This document shows positions 12,802-23,877 of a stretch of 64,000 bases of DNA, piece after piece. The translations under genes and the position numbers were made by a program. Under the pieces are notes generated by a model. That model was not told the origin of the DNA and did no database searches. It was given only the letters and a program-made list of their open reading frames with translations. Every line of letters begins with the position of its first letter. Within the stretch, counting starts at the first letter, position 1. This DNA comes from an uncultured Acidobacteriota bacterium (GTDB lineage Bacteria > Acidobacteriota > Terriglobia > UBA7540). The DNA lies in contig CAWDSK010000003.1 of NCBI GenBank assembly GCA_963804995.1, forward strand, positions 384,001 through 448,000. Reading direction: 5' to 3'.

Positions 12802-13492
12802 ATGCGTATTTCACCGAGATATATCTTCCTCGCGGCTTTGTGCCTTTCCCTTGCAGCTCTCACCATCTCCCTAAACTCGACCGACGCGCGGCCCGCGTCC
12901 GGCAAAATCAGCTTTCACGACGACTTCTCTTCCGGCAAGCTCGACGCCTGGCAATTTCCCTTCCCCGAAGACTGGGTGGTGAAAGAAGAAGGCGCGCTAC
13001 ATTATTTGCATATGCTGCGAAGTCGCGAGCCTCTGGTTCCCCGCCGCCCGCAGCAGTTTGCGCTGCTCAAGAACGTCAAAGTGGGGAGCTTCACCCTTGA
13101 GGCCCGCACGCGGCGCGAAGGCAGATCCATGATGATCGTCTTCAACTACGTCGACACGCTGCATTTCTACTACACGCACCTCTCCGTGGATATGGGCGCC
13201 AAGGTAGATGTCCACAACGGGGTTTTCATGGTGGATGACGCCCCGCGCCGCCGCATTGGGGGATTGGAAGCCGCGCCCGTGTTGCCCGATACGAATTGGC
13301 ACAAGATTCGCGTGCAGCGCGATGTCAGTTCGGGTTCGATTGAAGTCTTTGTTGACGACCAAACCGAGCCGCGTTTTTCAGTGGTCGACAAGACCTTCAA
13401 GTGCGGACAGGTGGGGCTCGGTTCCTTCGATGAGACGGGTGACTGGACGGAACGTCAAGCTAACCTCAAAAGACCTTGGTTGCCGCCCCTGA
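12802..13492 (+). CDS. Secreted beta-sandwich (LamG/ConA-like) hypothetical protein; frameshift near 13451
   Basis: Signal peptide, WHKIRVQRD, GQVGLGSFDETGDW; removing one A gives C-terminus TDVKLTSKDLGCRP*. Confidence 0.55.
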
Positions 13493-13578
13493 AGGGGTAT
13501 AATGGGGCGCGGGGCCAGCACTAACCGATCACAGGGAACTAAAAACCGTGTTCGCCACATATTTGCGGAGGAGTCTCT

Positions 13579-14564
13579 ATGAGCAATGATTTCTCAGAAG
13601 AAAGTTTCTGGAGAGTATCGCCATCGGAGGTGCGGCGAGCGCGAGTCTTCCCTTGTTGAACAGTCTCGCCCTGGCGAAGGAAGTGAAAATCCCGCACCGC
13701 ACCCTGGGCCACACGGGCGCTAAAGTCTCCATTCTGGCATTTGGCTGCGGCAGCCGCTTCCTGATGTACGAGGATGACGACAAAGCCGTGCAAGTGCTCA
13801 ACCACGCCCTGGATCTGGGCATCACCTACGTGGACACCGCCTACGCTTACGGCAACGGCAAGTCTGAGACGCGCGTGGGCAAGGTCATGGCCACTCGCCG
13901 CAAGGAAGTGTGGCTGGCCACCAAGATTCCTGACCGCACGCGGGACGGTTTCATGAGTCGGCTTGAAGCCAGCTTGAAGCGCCTCCAAACAGACCACGTG
14001 GACCTGGTCCACATCCACAGCGTGGGCCACGCCGATGACTTGGAAAAGATCGAAGGCCCCAACGGCGCCCTCAAAGGCTTGCTGGAAGCGAAGGAACAGA
14101 AGATGGCGCGCTTCATCGGCATGACCAGCCACACCGAAGGCGCGGTTCTGGCCCAAGCCATTGAACGCCATCCGCTCGATTGCACGCAGATGGCGCTGAA
14201 CCCCAGCGGCACGGGCGAGTTTGAGAAGACCGCCCTCGCCGCCGCCAACAAAAAGGGCTTGGGTGTCATCGCCATGAAGGTCTATGGGCAGGAGTTCCTT
14301 ATCGGCACGGAAGGCGGCAAGACCGATGCGGACACTCTGCTGCGCTTTGCCATGAGCCTGCCGGTCACGACTGCCGTGGCGGGCATGCCCCAGGTTGAGA
14401 TGCTCGAGCACAATGTGGAGCAGGCACGCAACTTCTCGCCCTTCAGCGCTGATAAAATGGATCAGATCCGCCGCGATATGTCGGTCCTGCACGACGACAT
14501 GCAACATCACCTGGTCGGCCACATCGACGGCCCCACCGACCACCCCGAGGTGTTTTGGACGTAA
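13579..14564 (+). CDS. Tat-signal aldo/keto reductase; frameshift in signal region near 13596
   Basis: GGAGGAG RBS then ATG 13579 (MSNDFS), continuing as RRKFLESIAIGG after a 1-nt shift; YVDTAYAYG, WLATK, SLKRLQTDHVDL. Confidence 0.85.
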
Positions 14565-14613
14565 AGAGCGAAGCGGGGCATGGGCTGATCGGGTCATCGG
14601 GTGATTTGCGATT

Positions 14614-14900
14614 GGCGATTGGTGATTGGCGATTTTCGGAGTCGGCATTCGATTCATCTTTTCACCTGACACCGCCGATAACCGAGGTGGGGGAGTGTGT
14701 GCCGGCGGGGGCTAGCGATCGGGAGATCGGGTGATCCGCTGATCGGGTTATCGGCTGATTTACGAATGGCGATTGGTGATTGCCGATTTTCAAAGCCAGC
14801 ATTTGATTCATCTTCTCACCTAGCACCGCCGATAACCGAGGTGGGGGAGTGTGTGCCGGCGGGAGCTAGCGATCGGGACATCGGTTGATCCGGAGATCGG
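14614..14900. repeat. Imperfect tandem duplication, unit about 154 bp
   Basis: CACCGCCGATAACCGAGGTGGGGGAGTGTGTGCCGGCGGG at about 14670 and 14824; partial third copy near 14980. Confidence 0.85.
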
Positions 14901-15270
14901 GGGATCAAACCACTGGTGCAGCAAGCAAATGCCAGCTTCTGATCGGCCGAATTGAGCTCATGTTCCTGTGCCATCCATCCGATTACCGATTTGGGGGAGT
15001 GCGTCACGAGTGGGCGGCGTTCGGTCGGCGGCGTTGGTCGCTCGCCGCGGGGCTTCGGGCCCGTCGCGATCTTCTGTTGCCGTGGTGAAAACTGGTGGCC
15101 GTCGTAAGGGGCTGCGGCGGGTCGGTTAGGGCAGCGGGCCTCACCGCTTTTGAGCTCCCGTCCAACGCTTCTCATACCTTCCAGCTTCGCTCCGAACATC
15201 ACGTCACCCGCTTCTTTAAGCCCCCTTCTCACGGGAAGGGTTTCTCTTTTCTCTTTCCTCCGTACTTTCA

Positions 15271-15652
15271 ATAACTCCCTTTCTTTTCATAAACATCGTG
15301 GGTTAGCGACACTAACTACCTTATTTTTCATAAACATCGTGGCATTAGTCACAATGTCACTTCCTTCTTTCTTTGTTTTCAACAACATCGTGGGTTCTTC
15401 CTTCATTTTTAATCCCCCTTTTTTCCTCACCCCATTTGCAACAGAATCGATTAACTCTCCTTATTTCAATCAGATAGATTTTTGCCACGTTTCCTCTCTC
15501 CATTGCTAACCCCTTTTGCTTTCTATAACATCGTGGCTTAGGGGGTTGAGTAAATTTCCGCAGATTGAATTAGTCTTGTTGTTTCAATGAGTTACATTTT
15601 GATAGTTTTTGCTCCTCTTCGCTAACTCCTTTTGTTATCTGAAACATCGTGG
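15271..15652 (+). repeat. Five degenerate ~31-bp direct repeats ending AACATCGTGG
   Basis: AACATCGTGG at 15292, 15333, 15384, 15527, 15643, each preceded by a T-rich tract, four by (C/A)TAAC. Confidence 0.85.
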
Positions 15653-16069
15653 CATAGGGTGGCGAGCCAACTGGATGCCGACGTGACGGAATCCATCCCG
15701 ATCCTATCGGGACGCCTCCTTGGGCAAGGTAAATCCGCCGCTACCCCTCTATTTTTGCCCTCTGCTCTCCGCCCCTCTGCGGGACCTGATCGGGGGGGCG
15801 GGGGTTGCCCAATTCCGGGGCAGGCTGGCGCCCCCATAACCGCGAAGTGTTCGGGGAGGGCTCTAAAGGTCGGCGCTGATTCGCCCCGAATTTCCGTATA
15901 ACCTGTGCATTGTCGGCCAACAATCCCGTTCGATTGCCGTCGATTGTCACAAAACTCCGGAATTTTCTGCAAAAAGGTCGAATAATAGCCAGACAAATTG
16001 TCCCCTATCCTGTGTTTTCATACACATCCCCGGATCGACCTTCATTTTTAACATCTCTACGATCTGTGC

Positions 16070-18014
16070 GGTTGTGTCAAGAATTTTTGTCCCCTAAGGC
16101 GATAACCCATTGAATTGCTGGGAGAAACTGGATTTTCTGCTTTCTCCCCCCTCCGGGTGCGCTTGACTAGGACGTTGGCGTGAGGTGCGGTCGGGTTGCC
16201 GCGCTTAAGTTCCTGGACGTAACTGCGTCGTGGGGCTTGACGGCAAACAAAAAGGGCGGTGAAGTCTCTCTTTCCCAATCCACCTTGTAGGGAACCCGCC
16301 AGGTTCCCGAGAGACTCACCGCCATGGGCAAGATACCACGATTGGTGCTTTGGCTCTGTAGGAAATTTACCCGCCAGGATTTGCAGGAACTGGTCGAGCA
16401 ACTGCAAGAGATTCTCGCCGGGCGCCAGCCCGAGCCTCAACCCCGCGACGACTTTCGCCAGCAGCATCCACACTATCGCGACTTCTACGTTGACCCTCTG
16501 GCTCCCTTGACCCAGCCGCCTCCGGCACCTCGCACCTGGAACTGGCGGCAGTTGCTGGCTCAGTACCAGCGCCAGCACCGCCGACCGTTGGCTCCGATTC
16601 AGCGTTCTGGCGCCCACCCCCTGCCTCCCACTTGTCGTTGTGCCCACTGCGGCGCACCGCGCGACTTCCTCTACCTCAACGATGGCCGTCACGCCCGCCA
16701 ACTGCGCTGCAAAGTCTGTGGCCGGCTGTCGCAAATCGCTCGTCGTCATCGCCCGACGAAAACTCCTTACTGGTGCCCCTACTGCGGCAGCTCCCTCTTC
16801 CGCTGGAAGCAGCGTGCCGATTGCACCATCTACAAATGTCCTGGCGAGCGTTGTCCTCACTATCTCCAGAAGCAGCAAGCCCTGCACTGGAACGAGAAGT
16901 TGCTCCAGAAGCTGCGCCGCACGCAGTTCAAGCTGCGTTACCAGTATCGCGAATACCACTTTCAACCCGCCCAACTGGCCCCCACCGCTCCCGATCCGCC
17001 CACCGTCGACCTCACCCGTCTGCATCGTTCTTCCGATGTCTTGGGCCTGGTGTTGGCCTTCCACATCTCTTTCGCCCTCTCCGCCCGCAAGACCGCCCAG
17101 GTCCTGCGGCAAGTCTTCGGCGTGCCTCTCAGCTACCAGTCCGTTCTCAACTATGCCCAGGCCGCCGCTTACTACTGCCACGCCTTCAACCTCCGCTACA
17201 AAGCCCCGCTCAGCGCCACCGCCACCGGCGACGAGACTTATATTCGCGTCGCGGGGAAGCACCCATACACGTTCTTCTTTCTCGATCCCCAAGGGCATCG
17301 CATCACGTCCTATCACGTGGCGCCGGAGCGCGATGCCTTGGCCGCCACCGTGGCCCTGGGCGAGGCCGCGCGCACCTTGCCCGAAGATCAGGCCCTGCGT
17401 TTCATCACCGACGGCAACCCCGCTTATCAGGCCGGCGTACACTTCCTCAACGCTCACCGCACCGCTTCCCAACCTCCCCATACCTTGCGGCAGGTCATCG
17501 GCCTGGAAAACCTCGACGCGGTCTCCAAGGAATTCCGCCCCTTCAAGCAACTCATCGAACGTCTCAATCGCACCTACAAATACCACGTCCGCCCGGCTTG
17601 CGGCTTTGCCACGCGCAACGGCGCCGTGGCCCTCACCACCCTGTTCGTCACCCACTACAACTTCCTTCGCCCCCATCTGGCCCTGGGCTACCGCGTACCC
17701 ATCCCCTTGCCGGAGTTGAGTTCCCTCACCACCTTGCAAGGCCAGTGGAACAAGATCCTCGCTCTCGCCCTGGCGGCCTGAGCCCGGTGGGAGTAAACTT
17801 CGCGGTGGCCGGGGCGGAGGATAGGGCTCCGCAGGGATGCGACCTGAGCGCCGACCCCGGGGCCGAGATCGGTCGGGAGCGAGCCCCACTCGCTCCCCCA
17901 GTCCAGACCCATCTTGGCACCAAAGCGATAAATCCTGGGGGTCTGGGGGCAAATCCCCCAGCTCTACCCACCTCCCGACCCTTCATTACCTTTCATAAAA
18001 CTTTTGACAGAACC
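16070..18014 (+). mobile_element. IS6-like insertion sequence, about 1.95 kb
   Basis: Terminal IRs GGTTGTGTCAAGAATTTT and rc GGTTCTGTCAAAAGTTTT resemble IS6-family ends; flanks GATCTGTGC / GATCAGTAC. Confidence 0.75.
16324..17781 (+). CDS. DDE transposase with Cys-rich zinc-finger N-terminal region
   Basis: GDETY, TDGNPAY, IERLNRTYK, HYNFLRPH; CAHC, CKVC, CPYC motifs. Confidence 0.88.
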   Translation: MGKIPRLVLWLCRKFTRQDLQELVEQLQEILAGRQPEPQPRDDFRQQHPHYRDFYVDPLAPLTQPPPAPRTWNWRQLLAQYQRQHRRPLAPIQRSGAHPLPPTCRCAHCGAPRDFLYLNDGRHARQLRCKVCGRLSQIARRHRPTKTPYWCPYCGSSLFRWKQRADCTIYKCPGERCPHYLQKQQALHWNEKLLQKLRRTQFKLRYQYREYHFQPAQLAPTAPDPPTVDLTRLHRSSDVLGLVLAFHISFALSARKTAQVLRQVFGVPLSYQSVLNYAQAAAYYCHAFNLRYKAPLSATATGDETYIRVAGKHPYTFFFLDPQGHRITSYHVAPERDALAATVALGEAARTLPEDQALRFITDGNPAYQAGVHFLNAHRTASQPPHTLRQVIGLENLDAVSKEFRPFKQLIERLNRTYKYHVRPACGFATRNGAVALTTLFVTHYNFLRPHLALGYRVPIPLPELSSLTTLQGQWNKILALALAA

Positions 18015-18584
18015 GATCAGTACCCCTTCCTGGACGTTGGTCGGCGTGTTGGAGAGGCATGGCAGACCCCCGATTTTGGGACCCGTGGTTCTTCGAGTGC
18101 TGCCTGGACACATCATGGCGCAACGCGGCCTCACCTCTATTGTGCACTTAATTGACTGGGCTATGTCAATAGGCAATACACGCGTTTGGGCTACCGGTAG
18201 CCCAAAAATGAAATAAATCAATCAAATTGCCCGCCGGTGGCAGGTGGTAGAGTAGGCAGCGAGGAGTGCGGGCAAGTTTCACAGCTTGTCCCACATTAGT
18301 CTGAATGGCAAGCGTGGCGCGGACCTCCGCACCTGAGGTCTGTGACCTCTTCTTACGAAGAACTGCACTGCAACGCAATACCGTAAATGCTTGTTTTCCT
18401 AGCAAACAATTTGCACATCTCGTAGGGGCACCCCTCACCCCCGGCCCCCCCCAAGGAGGCGGTCTCAAAACTGGCAAATTCACGGTTTTTACGACGAATA
18501 ATCAATAACTTACGCTGTGCAAAAGTCAGAAATACCTAGTTTTGAGACGGCCTCCAAGGGGGCGAGGGGAGAGTTGAACTTACT

Positions 18585-18720
18585 CCCTCGCCCCCTTGGG
18601 GGAGAGGGTGGCCCGCCGCCGGCGTTTTCATCAGCCGGGGCGGGACGGGCCTACGCCCACCGAAGGGACACCTGGGAGCAGTAAACAACTTTAGCTTCGG
18701 CCCGCAGGCGGGTGAGGGGG
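18585..18720. repeat. Palindromic repeat element (GGAGAGGG...GGGTGAGGGG family) carrying a 59-bp nested insertion
   Basis: Uninterrupted copies at about 31463-31531 and 45126-45193. Confidence 0.75.
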
Positions 18721-19394
18721 TCGCCCTGAAACCCATTGAAACTTTGACAGCGGACTTCTGACTCAGGACACTAAGGGCGCTCCGTTGAACAAAGACGCGC
18801 AGTTTTGTAAACACAAGGGCAGCGGCAAACGTCACATCCTAATTTTTTAAAAAGTGAGCAATATTGCACAGATTATAAAACTGCCCGCGACTAAATTGAC
18901 ACTAATCAAATGGACGGACCCAACCGAGTTGTACAAATCGAACCCTTTGCAGATGGGCTGCGGATGAATGCCTCCATACCCTGCTCATGGCTGCAAGCAC
19001 TGGAGATCACTTGCCAAATATAAAAGGGCACTTCCGAAATTAATCGAAGTGCCCTCCTCCTCTTTCCAGAGCTTCAACGCGGCTGGCTAAGTACAAACGC
19101 GCGAGGTCGAAACCCCTCTCCATCAATTTCCACTTTGAACTTACCGAATGGATTTCAGATGAGATATGATAGCGGCTTGGAACGGTAGCGGGTTGTTGTC
19201 CAGCACACCCATCAAGCGGTAGAAACCCTTGCCTGTTTCCGCCCGGTATGCCTGTGATTCGCCAACTTTGCAGCAGAGGGGGGACAGCCGAGAGCTGACG
19301 CTTCCTGTGGAGCGTCGGCAAAGCCGGAAGCTGAGCGGCCCTCTCGGCGAAACACCCTCACGGGGGCTGAAAACCTGGAACTGAGTTTTCTCTC

Positions 19395-22300
19395 ATGTGG
19401 ATCGTTCGGTTAGCGTTACGACGGCCGTACACATTCGTAGTGATGTCGATTGTCATCCTGATTCTAGGGGTGCTCTCCATCCTCCGCACCCCGAAAGATA
19501 TTTTCCCCAACATCAACATCCCCGTGGTGAGTGTGAACTGGGGCTACTCCGGTCTTTCCGCCCAGCAGATGGCCTACCGGATGGCGGTTATCAATGAACG
19601 TTCCATGACTTTGACCGTGAATGACATCGAGCACATTGAATCCGAGTCTCTGAATGGGACCACGGTCATCAAGATTTTCTTTCAGCCGGGCGCCAACATC
19701 GGCACGGCGCTCAGCCAAGTCACGGCGATCTGTCAGACCCAGCTTCATCAATTCCCGCCCGGCACATCTCCGCCGTTCATCATGCAATACAGCGCCTCGA
19801 CCGTGCCCATTCTGCAATTGGGACTTTCTGGAAAAGGGCTTTCAGAGCAGCAATTGTTCGACCTGGGCGCCAACTTTATCCGTGTCCAACTGGCCGACGT
19901 GGAAGGGGCCGCCATTCCCTGGCCCTATGGGGGAAAGCAACGAACGGTGCAGGTAGATCTGGACACTACGGCCTTGCAGTCGAAAGGCCTTTCCCCGGCG
20001 GATGTTGCAAACGCCATCAACGCTCAAAATTTGATCCTCCCTTCCGGAACCTCCAAGATTGGCATGTACCAATACGACGTGGAGACCAATGGCAGCCCGC
20101 TGACCACAGAGGCACTCAACGATCTGCCGGTCAAAACCTCGGGAAACACGGTCATTTACATCCGCGATGTCGCCCACGTCCGCGACGGATTTCCCCCGCA
20201 AGCCAACATCGTGCGCGTCAACGGCCAGAGGGCGGCACTGATGACGGCCATGAAGACGGGGAAATCCTCGACGTTGGACATCATCGCCCAAATCAAAGCG
20301 GAGTTGCCGCGTATTCAGAGAGGCCTGCCGCCGCAATTGCGGATCCACTACCTGGCGGATCAGTCTCTCTTTGTCAGGGCCGCTATAAAGGGTGTGGTGA
20401 GAGAAGCGATTGTCGCCGCCCTGCTCACCGCGGCCATGATCCTGCTTTTTCTGGGGAGCTGGCGAAGCACGGTCATTGTCGTCGTCTCCATCCCGCTTTC
20501 CATTCTGACCTCCCTGATTGTGCTGAGCGCACTGGGTGAAACCATCAACATCATGACCTTGGGGGGATTCGCTCTCGCCGTGGGAATCCTGGTGGATGAC
20601 GCCACGGTGGCAGTCGAAAACATCAACCGCAACCTTGCCATGGGCAAGGAGATCCTGCAGGGCATTCTGGATGGCGCCGAACAGATTGCCGTGCCCGCCC
20701 TCGTGTCCACCCTCGCCATCTGCATTGTATTCGTGCCCATGTTCTTCCTCACGGGAGTCGCTCGTTACCTATTTGTTCCCCTGGCGGAAGCCGTGAGCTT
20801 CGCCATGCTGGCGTCCTATTTACTATCACGGACCCTGGTGCCCACCATGGCGCGCTACCTGCTTCGAGGGCACGAGCATGACGCCGAAAATCTGGAAACG
20901 GAGGCCCAACGGCATCTCCTGGCCCGCCTGCAATTGCGATTTGAGCACGCCTTTGAGCGGCTGCGCGGAAGTTACCGGGGATGGCTGAGAACCTGCCTGC
21001 AACATCCGGGCCGCCTGGCAGCCGGGGTTTTAGGCGCCGCTTTGGCGTCACTCCTGTTGATTCCTTGGATTGGCCAAGACTTCTTCCCCAAGGTCGACAG
21101 TGGGCAGTTTACCCTCCATCTGCGGGCTCCCACTGGTACCCGAATCGAGGAGACCGCGCGGCTTTGCGATTTCGTCGAGAATTCCATCCGCCGCGAGATT
21201 CCCCCCCGGGAAGTGGCCGGCATTACCGATAACATCGGCTTGCCTTACAGCATCGTCAGTCTCGCCTACAGTACCTCCGCGCCCATCGGCACTGGCGATG
21301 CCGACATTCTGGTATCGCTGACGCCCGAACATCACCCTACGGCGGATTACGTTGACAGGTTACGGCTGCGATTGGCGCGGGAGTTCCCGGGTGTCACTTT
21401 CTACGTTCTGGCATCCGATATGATCACGCAGATTCTGAATTTCGGACTTCCGGCGCCCATTAACATCCAGGTGGTAGGGCAGAACCTCATGGCTAATCGG
21501 CAGTTCGCCGACCAACTGCTTAACAAAATCAAGTACATTCCGGGTGCCGTCGATTTGCGCATTCAGGAACCCTTTAATCAGCCCAGGCTTCAGGTTGACA
21601 TTGATCGCACGCGGGCGGCGCAGGTGGGGTACACCCCGCTGAATATCGCCAGTAATTTGCTCGTTTCCCTGAGCGGTAGCTTTCAAACCGCCCCAACTTT
21701 TTGGCTCGATCCGAGGACCGGCGTAAGCTACAGCGTCACCACCCAGACGCCGGAGTACCGTATTAACTCACTCCAGGATCTGGAAAACATCCCGGTCACC
21801 AGCGCAGGTCACTCTCCGCCCCAAATCCTGGGCAATCTGGCCGCAATTAGCCGGGGGGCTTCGCTGGCAGCCGTCTCGCACTACAACGTTCAACCTGTCA
21901 TCAACATTTACGGCGCGGTCGAGGGACGGGACCTGGGAGGAGTGGCGCGTGACCTTGACCGCATAGTTGACGAAGCGCAGAAGAGTTTGCCGCGGGGCTC
22001 ATGGACCATCGTGCGCGGGCAGATTGAAACCATGCGCTCGTCCTTCGCAGGGTTATGGGCGGGCCTGGTCTTTTCGATTGTGCTTGTCTATCTTTTGATT
22101 GTGGTGAATTTTCAATCCTGGCTGGATCCTCTGATCATCATCTCCGCACTGCCCACGGCTCTGGCGGGCATTGTCTGGTGCCTGTTCACCACGCACACGA
22201 CCCTCAGTGTGCCGGCGCTCATCGGGTCGGTGATGTGCGTGGGCGTCGCCACGGCCAACAGCATTCTGGTGGTGAGTTTTGCCCGAGATCAAATGGATGA

Positions 22301-22571
22301 CGGCGTCAATCCTACCGTGGCAGCTCTGGAAGCAGGCTTCACCCGCTTCCGGCCCGTGATCATGACCGCGTTGGCCATGATCATCGGCATGGTACCCATG
22401 GCGCTGGGGATGGGTGAAGGAGGCGAAGAAAACGCCCCGCTCGGCCGCGCCGTAATCGGAGGCTTGCTATTCGCCACCGTCGCCACGCTGTTTTTCGTAC
22501 CTACCGTGTTCAGCCTGCTGCACGGTTGGCGCGCGGCGCGGGCGGAAAACTCCGGCCGGCGCGAGGCCTAA
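19395..22571 (+). CDS. RND efflux permease (AcrB/CzcA superfamily)
   Basis: 1058 aa, GILVDDATVAVENI, RFRPVIMTALAMIIGMVPMA. Confidence 0.95.
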   Translation: MWIVRLALRRPYTFVVMSIVILILGVLSILRTPKDIFPNINIPVVSVNWGYSGLSAQQMAYRMAVINERSMTLTVNDIEHIESESLNGTTVIKIFFQPGANIGTALSQVTAICQTQLHQFPPGTSPPFIMQYSASTVPILQLGLSGKGLSEQQLFDLGANFIRVQLADVEGAAIPWPYGGKQRTVQVDLDTTALQSKGLSPADVANAINAQNLILPSGTSKIGMYQYDVETNGSPLTTEALNDLPVKTSGNTVIYIRDVAHVRDGFPPQANIVRVNGQRAALMTAMKTGKSSTLDIIAQIKAELPRIQRGLPPQLRIHYLADQSLFVRAAIKGVVREAIVAALLTAAMILLFLGSWRSTVIVVVSIPLSILTSLIVLSALGETINIMTLGGFALAVGILVDDATVAVENINRNLAMGKEILQGILDGAEQIAVPALVSTLAICIVFVPMFFLTGVARYLFVPLAEAVSFAMLASYLLSRTLVPTMARYLLRGHEHDAENLETEAQRHLLARLQLRFEHAFERLRGSYRGWLRTCLQHPGRLAAGVLGAALASLLLIPWIGQDFFPKVDSGQFTLHLRAPTGTRIEETARLCDFVENSIRREIPPREVAGITDNIGLPYSIVSLAYSTSAPIGTGDADILVSLTPEHHPTADYVDRLRLRLAREFPGVTFYVLASDMITQILNFGLPAPINIQVVGQNLMANRQFADQLLNKIKYIPGAVDLRIQEPFNQPRLQVDIDRTRAAQVGYTPLNIASNLLVSLSGSFQTAPTFWLDPRTGVSYSVTTQTPEYRINSLQDLENIPVTSAGHSPPQILGNLAAISRGASLAAVSHYNVQPVINIYGAVEGRDLGGVARDLDRIVDEAQKSLPRGSWTIVRGQIETMRSSFAGLWAGLVFSIVLVYLLIVVNFQSWLDPLIIISALPTALAGIVWCLFTTHTTLSVPALIGSVMCVGVATANSILVVSFARDQMDDGVNPTVAALEAGFTRFRPVIMTALAMIIGMVPMALGMGEGGEENAPLGRAVIGGLLFATVATLFFVPTVFSLLHGWRAARAENSGRREA

Positions 22572-22599
22572 GGTTGTTTCCACGTCCTGGAGGACGTTA

Positions 22600-23829
22600 A
22601 TGAGTGTTGAAGAAAGCTACGGAGTCGTGACCCGCGACGGGTCGGGCGCTGAACCGGTTCCCCCCGGTTCGCGTCCCCCTTCCTCGGCGACCGGCAAGGT
22701 GATTGTATGGCTCCTGCTCATCCTGATTGTGGCCGGCGGAATTGTCTACCGGGGAATCGTCAGCCGTGCCCGAGCCGCAGCCAAGGTGAAGAGTGAGACG
22801 CAAGAATTAGCTGTGCCCACAGTTTTGGTGGCTCAGCCGAAGCGCCGCGCCCCCCAGGAAGAAATCGTCTTGCCTGGAAATATCCAGGCATTCATCGATG
22901 CACCCCTCTACGCCCGCACCAATGGCTACTTGAAGCATTGGTATGTAGATATCGGGGGGCGCGTCAAAGCCGGGCAGCTCCTGGCGGAAATCGATACTCC
23001 GGAAGTGGACCAACAACTCCAACAAGCGCGGGCGGACCTCGCCACGGCGAAGGCCAACTACGACCTCGCACAGACCACTGCAGCGCGCTATGAATACCTG
23101 CTGAAGACCGATTCCGTCGCCCAGCAGGATGTGGATAACGCCGTGGGAAATGCCCAGGCTAAGAAGGCCATGGTGGATTCTGCCGCCGATAACGTGAAAC
23201 GCCTTGAGCAATTGCAATCCTTTGAGAAGATTTATGCTCCCTTCGACGGCGTGCTGACGGCGCGGAACACCGACATCGGCCAGTTGATCGATTCCGGAAG
23301 CGGCACCCCCGCCAAGGAACTGTTCCACGTTGCCGCCATCCATACGCTGCGCGTTTATGTAAACGTTCCGCAAATTTACTCGCGGTCTGCGGCGCCGGGG
23401 GTTGGAGCATACTTGACCCTTCCCCAGTTTCCAGGCCGCCATTTTGAAGGCAAGCTGGTACGAACCGCTGAGGCCATTGACCAGACCTCCCGCACCCTGC
23501 TCGCGGAAATTGATGTGGCCAATTCTACGGGCGAGCTCCTGCCCGGAGCGTACGCGGAAGTTCATTTGCGCTTGCCCTCCGCCGCATCGACCGTCATCGT
23601 CCCGGTCACCTGCCTGATTTTCCGGTCTGAAGGCCTGCACGTGGGAGTGGTCCGGGAGGGGAAGGTGGTGTTGGTCCCCGTCACTCTGGGGAGAGACTTT
23701 GGGACGGAGGTTGAGGTGAATTCGGGCCTCGATGGAAACGAACCGGTCATTACTAACCCGCCGGATTCGATCGTCGCCGGGCAAGAAGTTCGCATCGCGA
23801 CCCCCGCGGGTATTTTTGGCGGGGAGTGA
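22600..23829 (+). CDS. RND periplasmic adaptor (membrane fusion protein)
   Basis: Single TM, lipoyl half-motifs (VDIGGRVKAGQLLAEID, IYAPFDGV). Confidence 0.93.
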   Translation: MSVEESYGVVTRDGSGAEPVPPGSRPPSSATGKVIVWLLLILIVAGGIVYRGIVSRARAAAKVKSETQELAVPTVLVAQPKRRAPQEEIVLPGNIQAFIDAPLYARTNGYLKHWYVDIGGRVKAGQLLAEIDTPEVDQQLQQARADLATAKANYDLAQTTAARYEYLLKTDSVAQQDVDNAVGNAQAKKAMVDSAADNVKRLEQLQSFEKIYAPFDGVLTARNTDIGQLIDSGSGTPAKELFHVAAIHTLRVYVNVPQIYSRSAAPGVGAYLTLPQFPGRHFEGKLVRTAEAIDQTSRTLLAEIDVANSTGELLPGAYAEVHLRLPSAASTVIVPVTCLIFRSEGLHVGVVREGKVVLVPVTLGRDFGTEVEVNSGLDGNEPVITNPPDSIVAGQEVRIATPAGIFGGE

Positions 23830-23877
23830 AGGCATTGGCGATTGGCGATTGGTGATTTTGGATTGAGAAGTGGACTC

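Noticed and set aside
15271..15652. CRISPR array
   Set aside because: Repeats degenerate, spacing irregular (41-143 bp), no cas genes
16057..18155. Long overlapping ORFs 16057..17952 (-), 16632..18155 (+), 16640..17719 (+)
   Set aside because: Shadow frames of the GC-rich transposase with no recognisable motifs
18020..19390. Short ORFs upstream of the RND operon
   Set aside because: No RBS or motif support; region is AT-rich regulatory DNA plus repeats
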